Assembly (NCBI GenBank): GCA_017405875.1
Contig: JAFQZM010000038.1
Location: 21,314-85,313 of the forward strand
Reading direction: 5' to 3'
DNA from: a bacterium
GTDB taxonomy: Bacteria; UBP6; UBA1177
Length of the DNA stretch: 64,000 bases
The notes under the pieces: generated by a model
What the model saw: the letters and a program-made list of their open reading frames with translations, nothing else
What the model was told of the DNA's origin: nothing
Database searches by the model: none
Translations under genes and position numbers: made by a program
Shown: positions 47,802 through 56,907 of the stretch, one piece after another
Layout: each line of letters begins with the position of its first letter
Position numbering within the stretch: the stretch's first letter is position 1

Positions 47802-49372
47802 TATTTTGCCTTGGGTTTAAAATCAATAATAATTCTGGCACCTTTTTCGGTATTTGTCGCTTTTATCGAGCCGCCGTGCTTTGTGACTATTCTGTAAACG
47901 AGAGCGAGCCCCAAACCGGTTCCGCGCTTTTTTGTAGAAAAAAACGGATCAAAAATTTTGTCGATATTTTTTTCATTGAAACCAGAGCCTGTGTCATCGA
48001 AGTAAAGTTTGAAAGAATTGTCGGTCACTTCGGAAAATATGTCGATTTCACCTTCGTCATTCATCTCCTCAGCGCTGTTCGTCATGATGTTCCAGAACAC
48101 CTGTTTCAACTTTTCTGCGTCTCCGAGAACCGAAAACTCATCAACTTTGCAGGTGATTTTGACTTTCGGATGACCTAATTTGAAAAGAGTGACAACGTCG
48201 CTCAGGATCGAGCTCGGAACGCATTCCATCAGGGTATAGGAAGTTTCTTCAGTGTACCTGAAAAGAGAGTCAAGCAGGGTTTTGACGCGTGTTCCTTCAC
48301 GCCGGATGATGTCAATGAGCTCGGTCGTGTCAGATTCTGGCTGGATTTCCTGAATCTCGGAAAACATGAGTTCGCTCGCTCCGATGAGGCTCGTGAGGGG
48401 ATTTTTTATCTCGTGGGCGATAGTTGCCGTGAGTCTTCCGATCGTAGCCAGTTTTTCCTGAAGCTCGAAACTTTCCTCCTGCTTCCTGATGGCGGTAAGG
48501 TCTGAAAATATAACGACTTTCTGGTTTTCTATGTACGGCATTACCGTGTAGGAAAGCCAGATACCGTCAAATTTTTTCTCCGACCACGCGCCGTTTGAAG
48601 CAGTGTCTTTAGTTGCTTCGGCTAAGAATTTATCGAGAATGTTTTCGAACTGTTCCGCGTATCTGTTCACGTAAAATTTCGTATTTTCGTCAAAAATTAC
48701 GATACCGATGTTTATCTGCGAAAATATTGCGAAAAAGTGTTTTTCCATCTCTTTGTTTCTGCGCGTTGATTCGATCAGGGAGCTGTTAGCCTGACGGAAA
48801 CTTTTCGTGATCCTGCTTGCTACGAAACCTGTGAAAGAAAAGAAGAGAAGGTAAGTGAAAAGACGCGAAAAGTACGATTCCCACGAAGCAGAGTAGGTTT
48901 TCACAAGTTCTGAAGTTATGAGCGGAAGGAAGGAAAACTTTACGGAAACGCCTTGCAGAAGCAGCAGAAAGAAAGCGTAAAGCGTCGTGATTATTGCACC
49001 TTTTTCACGCATCAGAATGCCGGCATAGATGATGTTTATGATTATTACGTAAAGGTATGGCGAGCTTATACCGCCGCTTATGTACGAAACCAGAACCCAG
49101 AACGTGATTTCTACGACAAACTGCAAGTGTGCGAAAAGAGTTAGATATTTTTCACGAATGAATCGGTTGACAGTCAGTGAAACTATGTTGAAAACAAGCA
49201 GAAAAAATGCTGAAATGAGAAAAAGTTTGTTTGCAAATGAAAAAATATCGTTGTTTTCGCTTATGAAAGGAAAAACGAAAAACGAAAATATGACGGTGAA
49301 AATGAAGAAAAATCGTATTATGAGATAGTAACTTAGGTGATTGCGGAATTCGTCCGCCGAGAGAAGGTTCAT
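47801..49372 (-). CDS. pilS: Membrane sensor histidine kinase, PilS-like
   Basis: About 6 N-terminal TM helices. H-box ATIAHEIKNPLTSL. ATP-lid DDTGSGF and GTGLGLALV. Confidence 0.7.
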   Translation of the reverse strand: MNLLSADEFRNHLSYYLIIRFFFIFTVIFSFFVFPFISENNDIFSFANKLFLISAFFLLVFNIVSLTVNRFIREKYLTLFAHLQFVVEITFWVLVSYISGGISSPYLYVIIINIIYAGILMREKGAIITTLYAFFLLLLQGVSVKFSFLPLITSELVKTYSASWESYFSRLFTYLLFFSFTGFVASRITKSFRQANSSLIESTRRNKEMEKHFFAIFSQINIGIVIFDENTKFYVNRYAEQFENILDKFLAEATKDTASNGAWSEKKFDGIWLSYTVMPYIENQKVVIFSDLTAIRKQEESFELQEKLATIGRLTATIAHEIKNPLTSLIGASELMFSEIQEIQPESDTTELIDIIRREGTRVKTLLDSLFRYTEETSYTLMECVPSSILSDVVTLFKLGHPKVKITCKVDEFSVLGDAEKLKQVFWNIMTNSAEEMNDEGEIDIFSEVTDNSFKLYFDDTGSGFNEKNIDKIFDPFFSTKKRGTGLGLALVYRIVTKHGGSIKATNTEKGARIIIDFKPKAK

Positions 49373-50562
49373 CCGACAGCTTTACCCATGCTGAACATCG
49401 GCAGATACATAGCGACCATCATTGTTCCGACGATGCCGCCGATTACGACCATGAGGATAGGCTCAATCATGCTGGTAAGGCCGTCGACCGCGACATCTAC
49501 TTCCTCTTCATAGAAGTCTGCGATCTTGTTGAGCATCGTATCCATAGCACCGGTTGCTTCTCCGACGCCGATCATCTGAACGACCATTGACGGGAAAACT
49601 TTGGCTTCGGTAAGCGGGGTCGTCATGTCGCTTCCTTCGATAACTTTCTGTCTGACGAACATAATAGCCTTTTCAATCATCATGTTTCCTGAAGTTCTGG
49701 AAACAACTTCGAGACCGTCAACAAGCGGAACACCGGAACTTACGAGGGTTCCCAGGGTTCTCGTGAATCTTGCAACGGCAGATTTTCTGATGAGGTCGCC
49801 GACTATCGGAGCGTTGAGGGCGTATCTGTGGACACCGAAACGGAATTTCGGGTTTTTCATCGCCGTTCTGAATGCGATAACGATGCCGACAAGACCTGCG
49901 ATTATGAAAAGAATGTTCGACTGCACCCATTCACTCATATCGACAATAACCTGAGTAAGTCCGGGAAGTTGCTGGCCGTTACTCATGAAGAGCTGAGCAA
50001 ACGTAGGAACAACGTAGTAAAGCAGGACGATCGTGATTGCGATTGTAGCCGTGAGGACGATTGCAGGATATTTCATTGCGCTCTTGATTTTTGCCGTTGT
50101 TGCAGCGTTTTTTTCAAGGAATATCGCAAGACGGTCAAGAATCGTATCCAAGATACCGCCGACTTCGCCTGCCGCAACGAGGTTTACGTAAAGGTCGGTA
50201 AAAACTTTGTGGTCTTTAAGTGCATCACTAAGAGATTTACCTTCTTCGACCGAATTCTTGACCTTTCTCAAAATGCTTCTGAAGTAAGGTGTTTCAGACT
50301 GAGCGGCAAGAATCTCCAGACCCTGAATGATCGAAAGACCGGCGTTGATCATTGTGGCGAACTGACGTGTGAAGATAACAAGCTCTTTCGGCTTCATTCC
50401 GCCGCCGCCGAGCTCTATCTTTGTCCAGTCTTTTTTCAGGGAATCGACTCTGACACCCTGTGCCAGTAAGGCTTGTCTTGCTCCCTTTTCGTCATCGGCA
50501 TCGACTGAACCTTTGACGGTTTCGCCCTTTTTGTTGACACCGGCATACTTGTAAAAAGGCAT
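49369..50562 (-). CDS. pilC: Type IV pilus inner-membrane platform protein PilC
   Basis: MPFYKYAGVNKKGETVKGSVDADDEKGARQALLAQG with two GspF-type repeats, lying downstream of pilB-pilT. Confidence 0.85.
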   Translation of the reverse strand: MPFYKYAGVNKKGETVKGSVDADDEKGARQALLAQGVRVDSLKKDWTKIELGGGGMKPKELVIFTRQFATMINAGLSIIQGLEILAAQSETPYFRSILRKVKNSVEEGKSLSDALKDHKVFTDLYVNLVAAGEVGGILDTILDRLAIFLEKNAATTAKIKSAMKYPAIVLTATIAITIVLLYYVVPTFAQLFMSNGQQLPGLTQVIVDMSEWVQSNILFIIAGLVGIVIAFRTAMKNPKFRFGVHRYALNAPIVGDLIRKSAVARFTRTLGTLVSSGVPLVDGLEVVSRTSGNMMIEKAIMFVRQKVIEGSDMTTPLTEAKVFPSMVVQMIGVGEATGAMDTMLNKIADFYEEEVDVAVDGLTSMIEPILMVVIGGIVGTMMVAMYLPMFSMGKAVG

Positions 50563-50565
50563 TTT

Positions 50566-51663
50566 TTACCTCCTCGTTTGGTTTGTTCTTGCGAGAATAG
50601 CCTGAAATTCATCCAGATGCGGAACCAGCGACAAAGCGTCTTCCATGCTGATGACGTCGTTTCTTACCAGTCTGGCGAGATCCTGCGTCATAGTCTGCAT
50701 TCCGCTGTCGTTCTGACCCGACTGCATACTGGAATATATCTGCTGAAGCTTTTCTTCACGTATAAGGTTTCTGATAGCTGCGTTCGGAACCATGACTTCG
50801 CAGGCGATGACACGACCGCCGCCGTATTTTTTCGGGATAAGCGTCTGTGCGACGATGCCCTGAAGAACGAAGCTGAGCTGTGCTCTGACCTGATTCTGCT
50901 GGTTTACAGGGAACATATCGATGATACGGTTGATTGTTTCGATCGTGCTGTTCGTGTGGAGCGTTGCAAGTGCCAAGTGGCCTGTTTCAGAAACGCTGAG
51001 CGCAGTCGACATGGTCTCGATATCACGGATCTCACCGATGAGAACGATATCGGGGTCCTGCCTCAGAACAACGCGGAGAGCCGATGCGAAAGATCCCGTG
51101 TCGGCGCCGACTTCACGCTGGTTGACGATGCAGTTTTTATGCGAGTGGATGAACTCGATAGGATCTTCGATCGTGACGATGTGACCGTGACGGTTGCGGT
51201 TGATGTAGTCAACCATTGAAGCAAGTGTCGTCGATTTTCCGCTTCCTGTAGGTCCGGTGACGAGAATAAGTCCTTTCGGTTTCTTTGCGAGCTCTTCGAC
51301 TATCGGCGGAAGACCGAGTTGTCTGAAATCAAGGATTTTGTAGGGAATTACACGGATTGCGGCACTGACTGCGCCTCTCTGCATGAATACGTTCGCTCTG
51401 AAACGGCTCAGATTTTTGACACCGAAGCTGAGGTCGAGTTCATTCTTTTCCTCAAAAACCTTTTTCTGCTTTTCTGTCAGAATGCTGTATGCCAGCTTTT
51501 TCGTATCTACCGGAGTGAGCGGCGGCACGTTTACTGGACGCAGATTTCCGTCGATTCTGAGCTGGGGCGGCGAACCGCTGGTAATGTGAAGATCGGATGC
51601 TCCCTGTTCAATCATCAGAGAGAGCAGATCCTGCAGAGAAACTGTAGCATTTGGATTTTCCAT
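50566..51663 (-). CDS. pilT: Type IV pilus retraction ATPase PilT
   Basis: 365 aa. GASDLHITSGSPPQLRIDG N-terminus, Walker A GPTGSGKSTT and AIRNLIRE. Confidence 0.85.
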   Translation of the reverse strand: MENPNATVSLQDLLSLMIEQGASDLHITSGSPPQLRIDGNLRPVNVPPLTPVDTKKLAYSILTEKQKKVFEEKNELDLSFGVKNLSRFRANVFMQRGAVSAAIRVIPYKILDFRQLGLPPIVEELAKKPKGLILVTGPTGSGKSTTLASMVDYINRNRHGHIVTIEDPIEFIHSHKNCIVNQREVGADTGSFASALRVVLRQDPDIVLIGEIRDIETMSTALSVSETGHLALATLHTNSTIETINRIIDMFPVNQQNQVRAQLSFVLQGIVAQTLIPKKYGGGRVIACEVMVPNAAIRNLIREEKLQQIYSSMQSGQNDSGMQTMTQDLARLVRNDVISMEDALSLVPHLDEFQAILARTNQTRR

Positions 51664-51672
51664 TTTTTACCT

Positions 51673-53430
51673 CTATGCGTTTTCGTCAGGTGCCGTGTTT
51701 CTTAAAACTTCGGCTATACTTGTCGTTCCTTCGAGAAGCCTCAGGTTCGCGCTCATTCTCATGGTCTTCATGCCGAGCTTTATTGCGAGCTCTTTGAGTT
51801 CCATGGAGCTTGCGCCGTTGAGTATTGCGTCTTTCAAAGGATCGGTCATTTTCATAACTTCATAAAAAGCGATACGGCCTTTGTAACCCGTACCGTTGCA
51901 GACTTCGCAGCCTTTACCCTGATAGATCTGGTAGCCGTCGGCGATCTGTTCTTCCTTGATTCCGAGCTTAAGAAGTTCAGATTTCGGCACGTCTATCGGC
52001 TCTTTGCAGTTGTAGCATATCTTTCTGCCGAGACGCTGAGCCATGATGCAGTTTACTGAAGACGTAACAAGGAAACTTTCAACACCCATGTTGATAAGAC
52101 GGGTGATGGTCGAAGGCGCATCGTTCGTGTGGAGCGTACTCAGAACCATGTGACCCGTAATAGCAGCTTTTACCGCGATGTCGGCAGTTTCGAAGTCACG
52201 GATCTCACCGACCATCATGATATCGGGGTCCTGACGGAGGAATGAACGGAGCGCCGAAGCGAAGGTAAGACCTACCTGCTCACGGATCGCAACCTGGTTG
52301 ATTCCTTCGAGGTTGAACTCGACCGGGTCTTCAGCCGTCGAAATGTTGACGTCTTCTTTGTTGAGGTCGGAAAGGGCAGAGTAAAGCGTCGTCGTTTTTC
52401 CCGAACCGGTAGGACCCGTAACGAGCATCATTCCGTAAGGTTTGTATATCGCCTCTTTGAAAATTTCGAGCTGATCGGGAAAGAAACCGAGCTTGGTCAT
52501 ATCGAGCTGAAGGTTGCTCTTATCGAGAAGTCGGAGAACGACTTTTTCGCCGAAAATTACGGGGCAGACCGAAACACGGAAGTCCATGTCCTCGCCCTGA
52601 CCGATCTTGATTTTGATACGACCGTCCTGCGGGATACGTTTTTCAGCGATATCGAGGTTAGCCATGACTTTGAGTCTGGCTACGATCGCATCCATCGTGT
52701 TTCTCGGCGGATGAACGACGTCGTACAGGACACCATCCATTCTGAGACGGATTCTGAAACTTTTTTCGTAAGGTTCTACGTGAATATCGGACGCTTTCTT
52801 CTTGATTGCGTCAAGCAGGACCATATTGACGAAACGGATGACCGGCGCCTCTTCCGAGTTTCTGATCATGTCTTCGAGAGAAGTGCTTTCGTCGAAATTC
52901 GTTTCGCTCAGTTTGACATCGTCGGCCTCGCTGAGAAGGGTTTCCATGTCAAAACTGATGTCGCCGTATTTTCTGTCTTCTTTCTTTGCCTGGTCACCGT
53001 AGTATTTTGTGATCGCCGCTTCGATATCGGTTGCCGAAGCGATGACTACTTCGACGTTGTAGTCAGTCAGGAACTTGATGTCGTCCTGCGCATTCATGTT
53101 CGAAGGATCGGCCATTGCTACAGTGAGGGTGTTGCCGATTCTCGAAATCGGAATGACGTTGTAGCGCGTTACTATCTGTTCGTTCAAAAGCGCGATGACT
53201 TCAGGCTGGATCTCAAGTTCGGAAAGGTCTATCTTAGGAACATTGTACTGTTCGCTGAGAATGTCGACAAGCTGATTTTCATTGAGTCGGTTTTCTTTGA
53301 AAAGAATGTCTTTTATGCTTTCTCCCGATTCGATCGAGAGTTCTTCGAGGGATTTCAGTTCCGGCAGGGAAATGATTCCTCTCTTTATCAGCATTCCTGT
53401 TAATTGTCTGTTGTTCAAAAGCAACTCCAC
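51673..53430 (-). CDS. pilB: Type IV pilus extension ATPase PilB
   Basis: 585 aa. T2SSE_N-like N-terminus, Walker A GPTGSGKTTT and a CYNC...CEVC tetracysteine. Confidence 0.85.
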   Translation of the reverse strand: MELLLNNRQLTGMLIKRGIISLPELKSLEELSIESGESIKDILFKENRLNENQLVDILSEQYNVPKIDLSELEIQPEVIALLNEQIVTRYNVIPISRIGNTLTVAMADPSNMNAQDDIKFLTDYNVEVVIASATDIEAAITKYYGDQAKKEDRKYGDISFDMETLLSEADDVKLSETNFDESTSLEDMIRNSEEAPVIRFVNMVLLDAIKKKASDIHVEPYEKSFRIRLRMDGVLYDVVHPPRNTMDAIVARLKVMANLDIAEKRIPQDGRIKIKIGQGEDMDFRVSVCPVIFGEKVVLRLLDKSNLQLDMTKLGFFPDQLEIFKEAIYKPYGMMLVTGPTGSGKTTTLYSALSDLNKEDVNISTAEDPVEFNLEGINQVAIREQVGLTFASALRSFLRQDPDIMMVGEIRDFETADIAVKAAITGHMVLSTLHTNDAPSTITRLINMGVESFLVTSSVNCIMAQRLGRKICYNCKEPIDVPKSELLKLGIKEEQIADGYQIYQGKGCEVCNGTGYKGRIAFYEVMKMTDPLKDAILNGASSMELKELAIKLGMKTMRMSANLRLLEGTTSIAEVLRNTAPDENA

Positions 53431-53580
53431 AAACGGTTGTCATTCACCCGCGGCATTATATTTTTATAATTTATAACGTCAAGAAATGGCATGTATTTAA
53501 TGAAAAAATCTTTTTAATTGATTCCTGTTTCCAAAAACTTTAAAGTATTCCGTTTTTTTCTTTGAACTACGGAGGATGCT

Positions 53581-56500
53581 ATGAAAAAGTTTTTATTTCT
53601 TTTGTTTTTTCTGTTTCCCGTATTCCTTTTTGCCGTGATCGGTCAGAACGGTATTTCCATCGCTCCCGACGGCACTCTCCTGAAATGGGAGGAAGGTGCG
53701 TGGGACTTCTTCATCATGCACAAATCGGTTCTTGAAAGAAGTGCTGAACATATTGCCGAAATATCTGATGACGGAAGCGGAGCCGTAATCAACGATACCG
53801 CCAATCCGCAGGCAGACACTCTGGTTGACCCGGCGGTCGGCACAACTTACACGCTCACCTCAAAACACATTCCGCCTGATGCCGATGTTTCCAGAGCTTT
53901 TCTCATCTGGCTTGCCGATGTCGATCCCTACAAACTTGACGAGCAGACAAAAAATTCGGTAACGCTCACTTTCACGAATGCGGCTGATCCCAGTCTCACA
54001 TATTCGCAGGAAGTCAAGGCCGGATTTCAGGGAAACCTTGCCAAGGACAACAAGGGAATGTTCGAATACGAAGCTGTGCGCGACAGTGTTGCCACTCAGC
54101 TCAACAAGGAACCTTACTGTCCTGGAGAAACCGCAGGATACACAGGCTATTACACTTACAGAGTCGAAGTTTCAGACTTCATGAAAAAAATCATCGCTAT
54201 GGGTGAAGAAAAAGGCATGCAGCCAGGTGAAGCCCTTTACGGCGATTACAATGTCAAAGGAATCGAATCCTCAAACCACTGCCTGTATATGAAGCAAAGT
54301 TCGATGGCCGGCGGCTGGGCACTTCCTTTCGTCTATACTTCGGCACATATCCGCGCTAAAAAAATCTATTTTTACCACGGTCTTGAAGTATATCAGGCAA
54401 AAAATGCCTTCATAACGGTCAATGGTTTCGAACTGCCGGAAGACGCTGTCATCAGACTCGGTCTCGTCGTTTTTGAAGGAGACCCCGGCAGAGCAAGGGT
54501 CGGCAACGGTATCACCACTTTCCCTCCCGAAGGTCTTTCCATCAGCGGTTTTGCTGCTCCCAATGACTACAAGATTCTTTTCAACAATTGCAACCCGCCT
54601 AAAACCGATCCGATCAACTACACCGAAATTTACAACTCTATATCGTCAATATTCGGCTGGCAGGATGAAACGGAAACCTGCATCGGCAACCCCGATAACC
54701 CGCTTGATCCCGAAAATCCGATAGAATACGCAATTGATGCCGATACTTTCCTTGTAGATTCAAGGTTTTCTCCTTTCGATACGATGTTCAACAAAGGCGA
54801 TATGCAGTTCGGTCTTAAGATAGGCGCCAATCAGGATCAGATACTTACCAACTTTCTCGTTGTCAGCGTTGATACGAGACCGCCTCAGTTTGATATCCCC
54901 GAAAACAGGTTTACGCCGAACGGAAGAGAAAAAGACTCCTGCTCATGTGCGAAGGAAGCCGACGCGGTATGCATGGACAGACCGTTCTACTACACGATCA
55001 AAGTTCAGAACTGGGGTGAAGATACGGCTAGCGGTGTAATGCTTCAGGACAAACTTCCTCCGCAAGTCGACTATGTTCCGGGAAGCACCGAAATCGCTAC
55101 GAAAATCAACGAAGAAGGGCTCGGTACCGACTGGGAAACCGTTCCTGATGTCAACGGAAAATTCCCGTTTGAAGAGCCGAGAGTCGTCGCAGACATGCTT
55201 GAACACTGCAGACAAAGCGACTCGGTATGCGAACAGAGCGCATGGATAAGATTTGTCGTCAAACCGAAAGAAAACCTTGCGAAAAACGAAGTTATTAAAA
55301 ATATGGCTTTTATCTCTTCAAATGAAACTGCCGGAGCTGTTTTCAACACGAACAGCAGTATTCCGCTCAGACTCAAAGGCGGCACGTGTCCGGCGATTTC
55401 CGAGTGCGAACTTCCGCCGAAAGCTCAGTGCGGCGGCGTAAAAGTTGAAGGTAACGACAACTACTGCACAAAAGATGAGGAGTGCGGAAACGGCAAAAAA
55501 TGTATCGACAACGAATGTAAAGACGACGCCTCGGCAAGCCTTTCTAAAGGAACTGAAGTAACTTTCGGCGAAGGGGTAAACTCTCCTTCCAACGACGGTT
55601 CGGCGATACTTATTGATTCTCCGAGCGAAGGAGTGGTTTTGGGTCAGTTCTACCTTGCAGCGGACGGCAGCGAAGGCAAATTCTACAAATTCAACAAACT
55701 TATGGTCAAATTCAAAGCCGACAGCGACATCAAAGCTGAAAATTTCAAACTTTACAAGGATAACAACAGCGACGGTAAGGTCAACGACGGCGACACGGAG
55801 ATTGCTTCGGCTGATTCGATATCAAGTTCTTATGTAACCTTCAATGTCGGCGAAGCGAACAGACTTCTTTCTGCAAAAGGCAAAGTCAACTTCATCGTAA
55901 CAGCCGATGCATCAACGAATTCGGATTCACGTCCCGGTAAATTCAGCATGACCATCGAAGGATCCGAGTCATTCGAACTTGCAGATTCCGAAAAAATCGA
56001 AGCAAAAGGAAACCAGATACTCTTTGTTGAATATATGTTTGAACCGAAAGAAGGTTTCATAATCACGAAAGGTTCCAACACTCCTGAAGTTCCAGCATAC
56101 AAGGATTTCAACGGCGAGCACGAAATGCTTCAGGTCAGAACCAAGTCGAAAGGAGTTGCAGACGCTGTAAATTCGATAACGCTCAAAACTCCGAACAACT
56201 ATGTGAAATTCGGTGAGGGAATCAAATCGGTTTCAGTCATTATCGACAAAGACAAAAACGGACGTCACTCGAACGGCGACGAAGTCATCGCGCAAATCAG
56301 CGATTTTGACGGCTCGTCAACAGTTGTTATCGACAACCTCGGCGATCTTCTCAAATACGAAAAGGATGAAGAAAAATTCCTCGTTTTCAAAGTCGAGTTC
56401 AAAATGTCGGTAGGCGAGAAGGCGAAAATTCAGGTTTCAGGCGTAAAAGTAAAGAGCGGCAATCCTGTAGTCGAACTTCCCGTATCGTCCAACGAATTTG

Positions 56501-56670
56501 CTTATGAGTGTGACAGTTCAGACCCGAATATGTGTGATGACGACGACAGTGACGGCTGCGCGATCTCTGAACTTCCCGAAGACAACAGCCCGGCACTTTA
56601 CGTCATTCTTGCACTTCTTGCATCAATCCTCGCATTTGCTTTCGTAAAAGTTTACGGCCTCAAAAAGTAA
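53581..56670 (+). CDS. Giant surface protein, paralog A. Sec signal, DUF11-like module, Cys-rich linkers, Ca-binding-like D-x-D-x-DG loops and a C-terminal GC(A/S)IS + TM + KK anchor
   Basis: Signal MKKFLFLLFFLFPVFLFA. YYTIKVQNWGEDTASGVMLQDKLPPQVDYVPGS is DUF11-like. DNNSDGKVNDGD loop. C-terminus DGCAISELPEDNSPALYVILALLASILAFAFVKVYGLKK. Confidence 0.7.
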   Translation: MKKFLFLLFFLFPVFLFAVIGQNGISIAPDGTLLKWEEGAWDFFIMHKSVLERSAEHIAEISDDGSGAVINDTANPQADTLVDPAVGTTYTLTSKHIPPDADVSRAFLIWLADVDPYKLDEQTKNSVTLTFTNAADPSLTYSQEVKAGFQGNLAKDNKGMFEYEAVRDSVATQLNKEPYCPGETAGYTGYYTYRVEVSDFMKKIIAMGEEKGMQPGEALYGDYNVKGIESSNHCLYMKQSSMAGGWALPFVYTSAHIRAKKIYFYHGLEVYQAKNAFITVNGFELPEDAVIRLGLVVFEGDPGRARVGNGITTFPPEGLSISGFAAPNDYKILFNNCNPPKTDPINYTEIYNSISSIFGWQDETETCIGNPDNPLDPENPIEYAIDADTFLVDSRFSPFDTMFNKGDMQFGLKIGANQDQILTNFLVVSVDTRPPQFDIPENRFTPNGREKDSCSCAKEADAVCMDRPFYYTIKVQNWGEDTASGVMLQDKLPPQVDYVPGSTEIATKINEEGLGTDWETVPDVNGKFPFEEPRVVADMLEHCRQSDSVCEQSAWIRFVVKPKENLAKNEVIKNMAFISSNETAGAVFNTNSSIPLRLKGGTCPAISECELPPKAQCGGVKVEGNDNYCTKDEECGNGKKCIDNECKDDASASLSKGTEVTFGEGVNSPSNDGSAILIDSPSEGVVLGQFYLAADGSEGKFYKFNKLMVKFKADSDIKAENFKLYKDNNSDGKVNDGDTEIASADSISSSYVTFNVGEANRLLSAKGKVNFIVTADASTNSDSRPGKFSMTIEGSESFELADSEKIEAKGNQILFVEYMFEPKEGFIITKGSNTPEVPAYKDFNGEHEMLQVRTKSKGVADAVNSITLKTPNNYVKFGEGIKSVSVIIDKDKNGRHSNGDEVIAQISDFDGSSTVVIDNLGDLLKYEKDEEKFLVFKVEFKMSVGEKAKIQVSGVKVKSGNPVVELPVSSNEFAYECDSSDPNMCDDDDSDGCAISELPEDNSPALYVILALLASILAFAFVKVYGLKK

Positions 56671-56706
56671 TCACGAAATAATTTTCAAATCTTGATATCT
56701 AACAAT

Positions 56707-56758
56707 CACTAAATCTCTAAACTCCCTAAATTCCCTAAATTCCTTAAGCTCCCTAATA
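56707..56758. repeat. About 6 degenerate tandem 8-9-bp units (TCCCTAAAT) between the convergent giant paralogs
   Basis: cactaaat ctctaaac tccctaaat tccctaaat tccttaagc tccctaata. It shares the TCCTTAAG word with the array at 34763. Confidence 0.6.
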
Positions 56759-56907
56759 GCTGCAAGGGGAGAGAGCCTCTTTAAAAAGCCTGCCTGCTGA
56801 AATCGCCGGATCTGCGGATCAAGGATTGGGCAGGTTAAATCGGATTGATTGAATGGTGATGATTTTGATTTAGCTGGAAGATTTATGATCGGAAAAGAAT
56901 AGGGGAA

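Noticed and set aside
52711-53403. 230-aa plus-strand ORF
   Set aside because: It is antisense to pilB.
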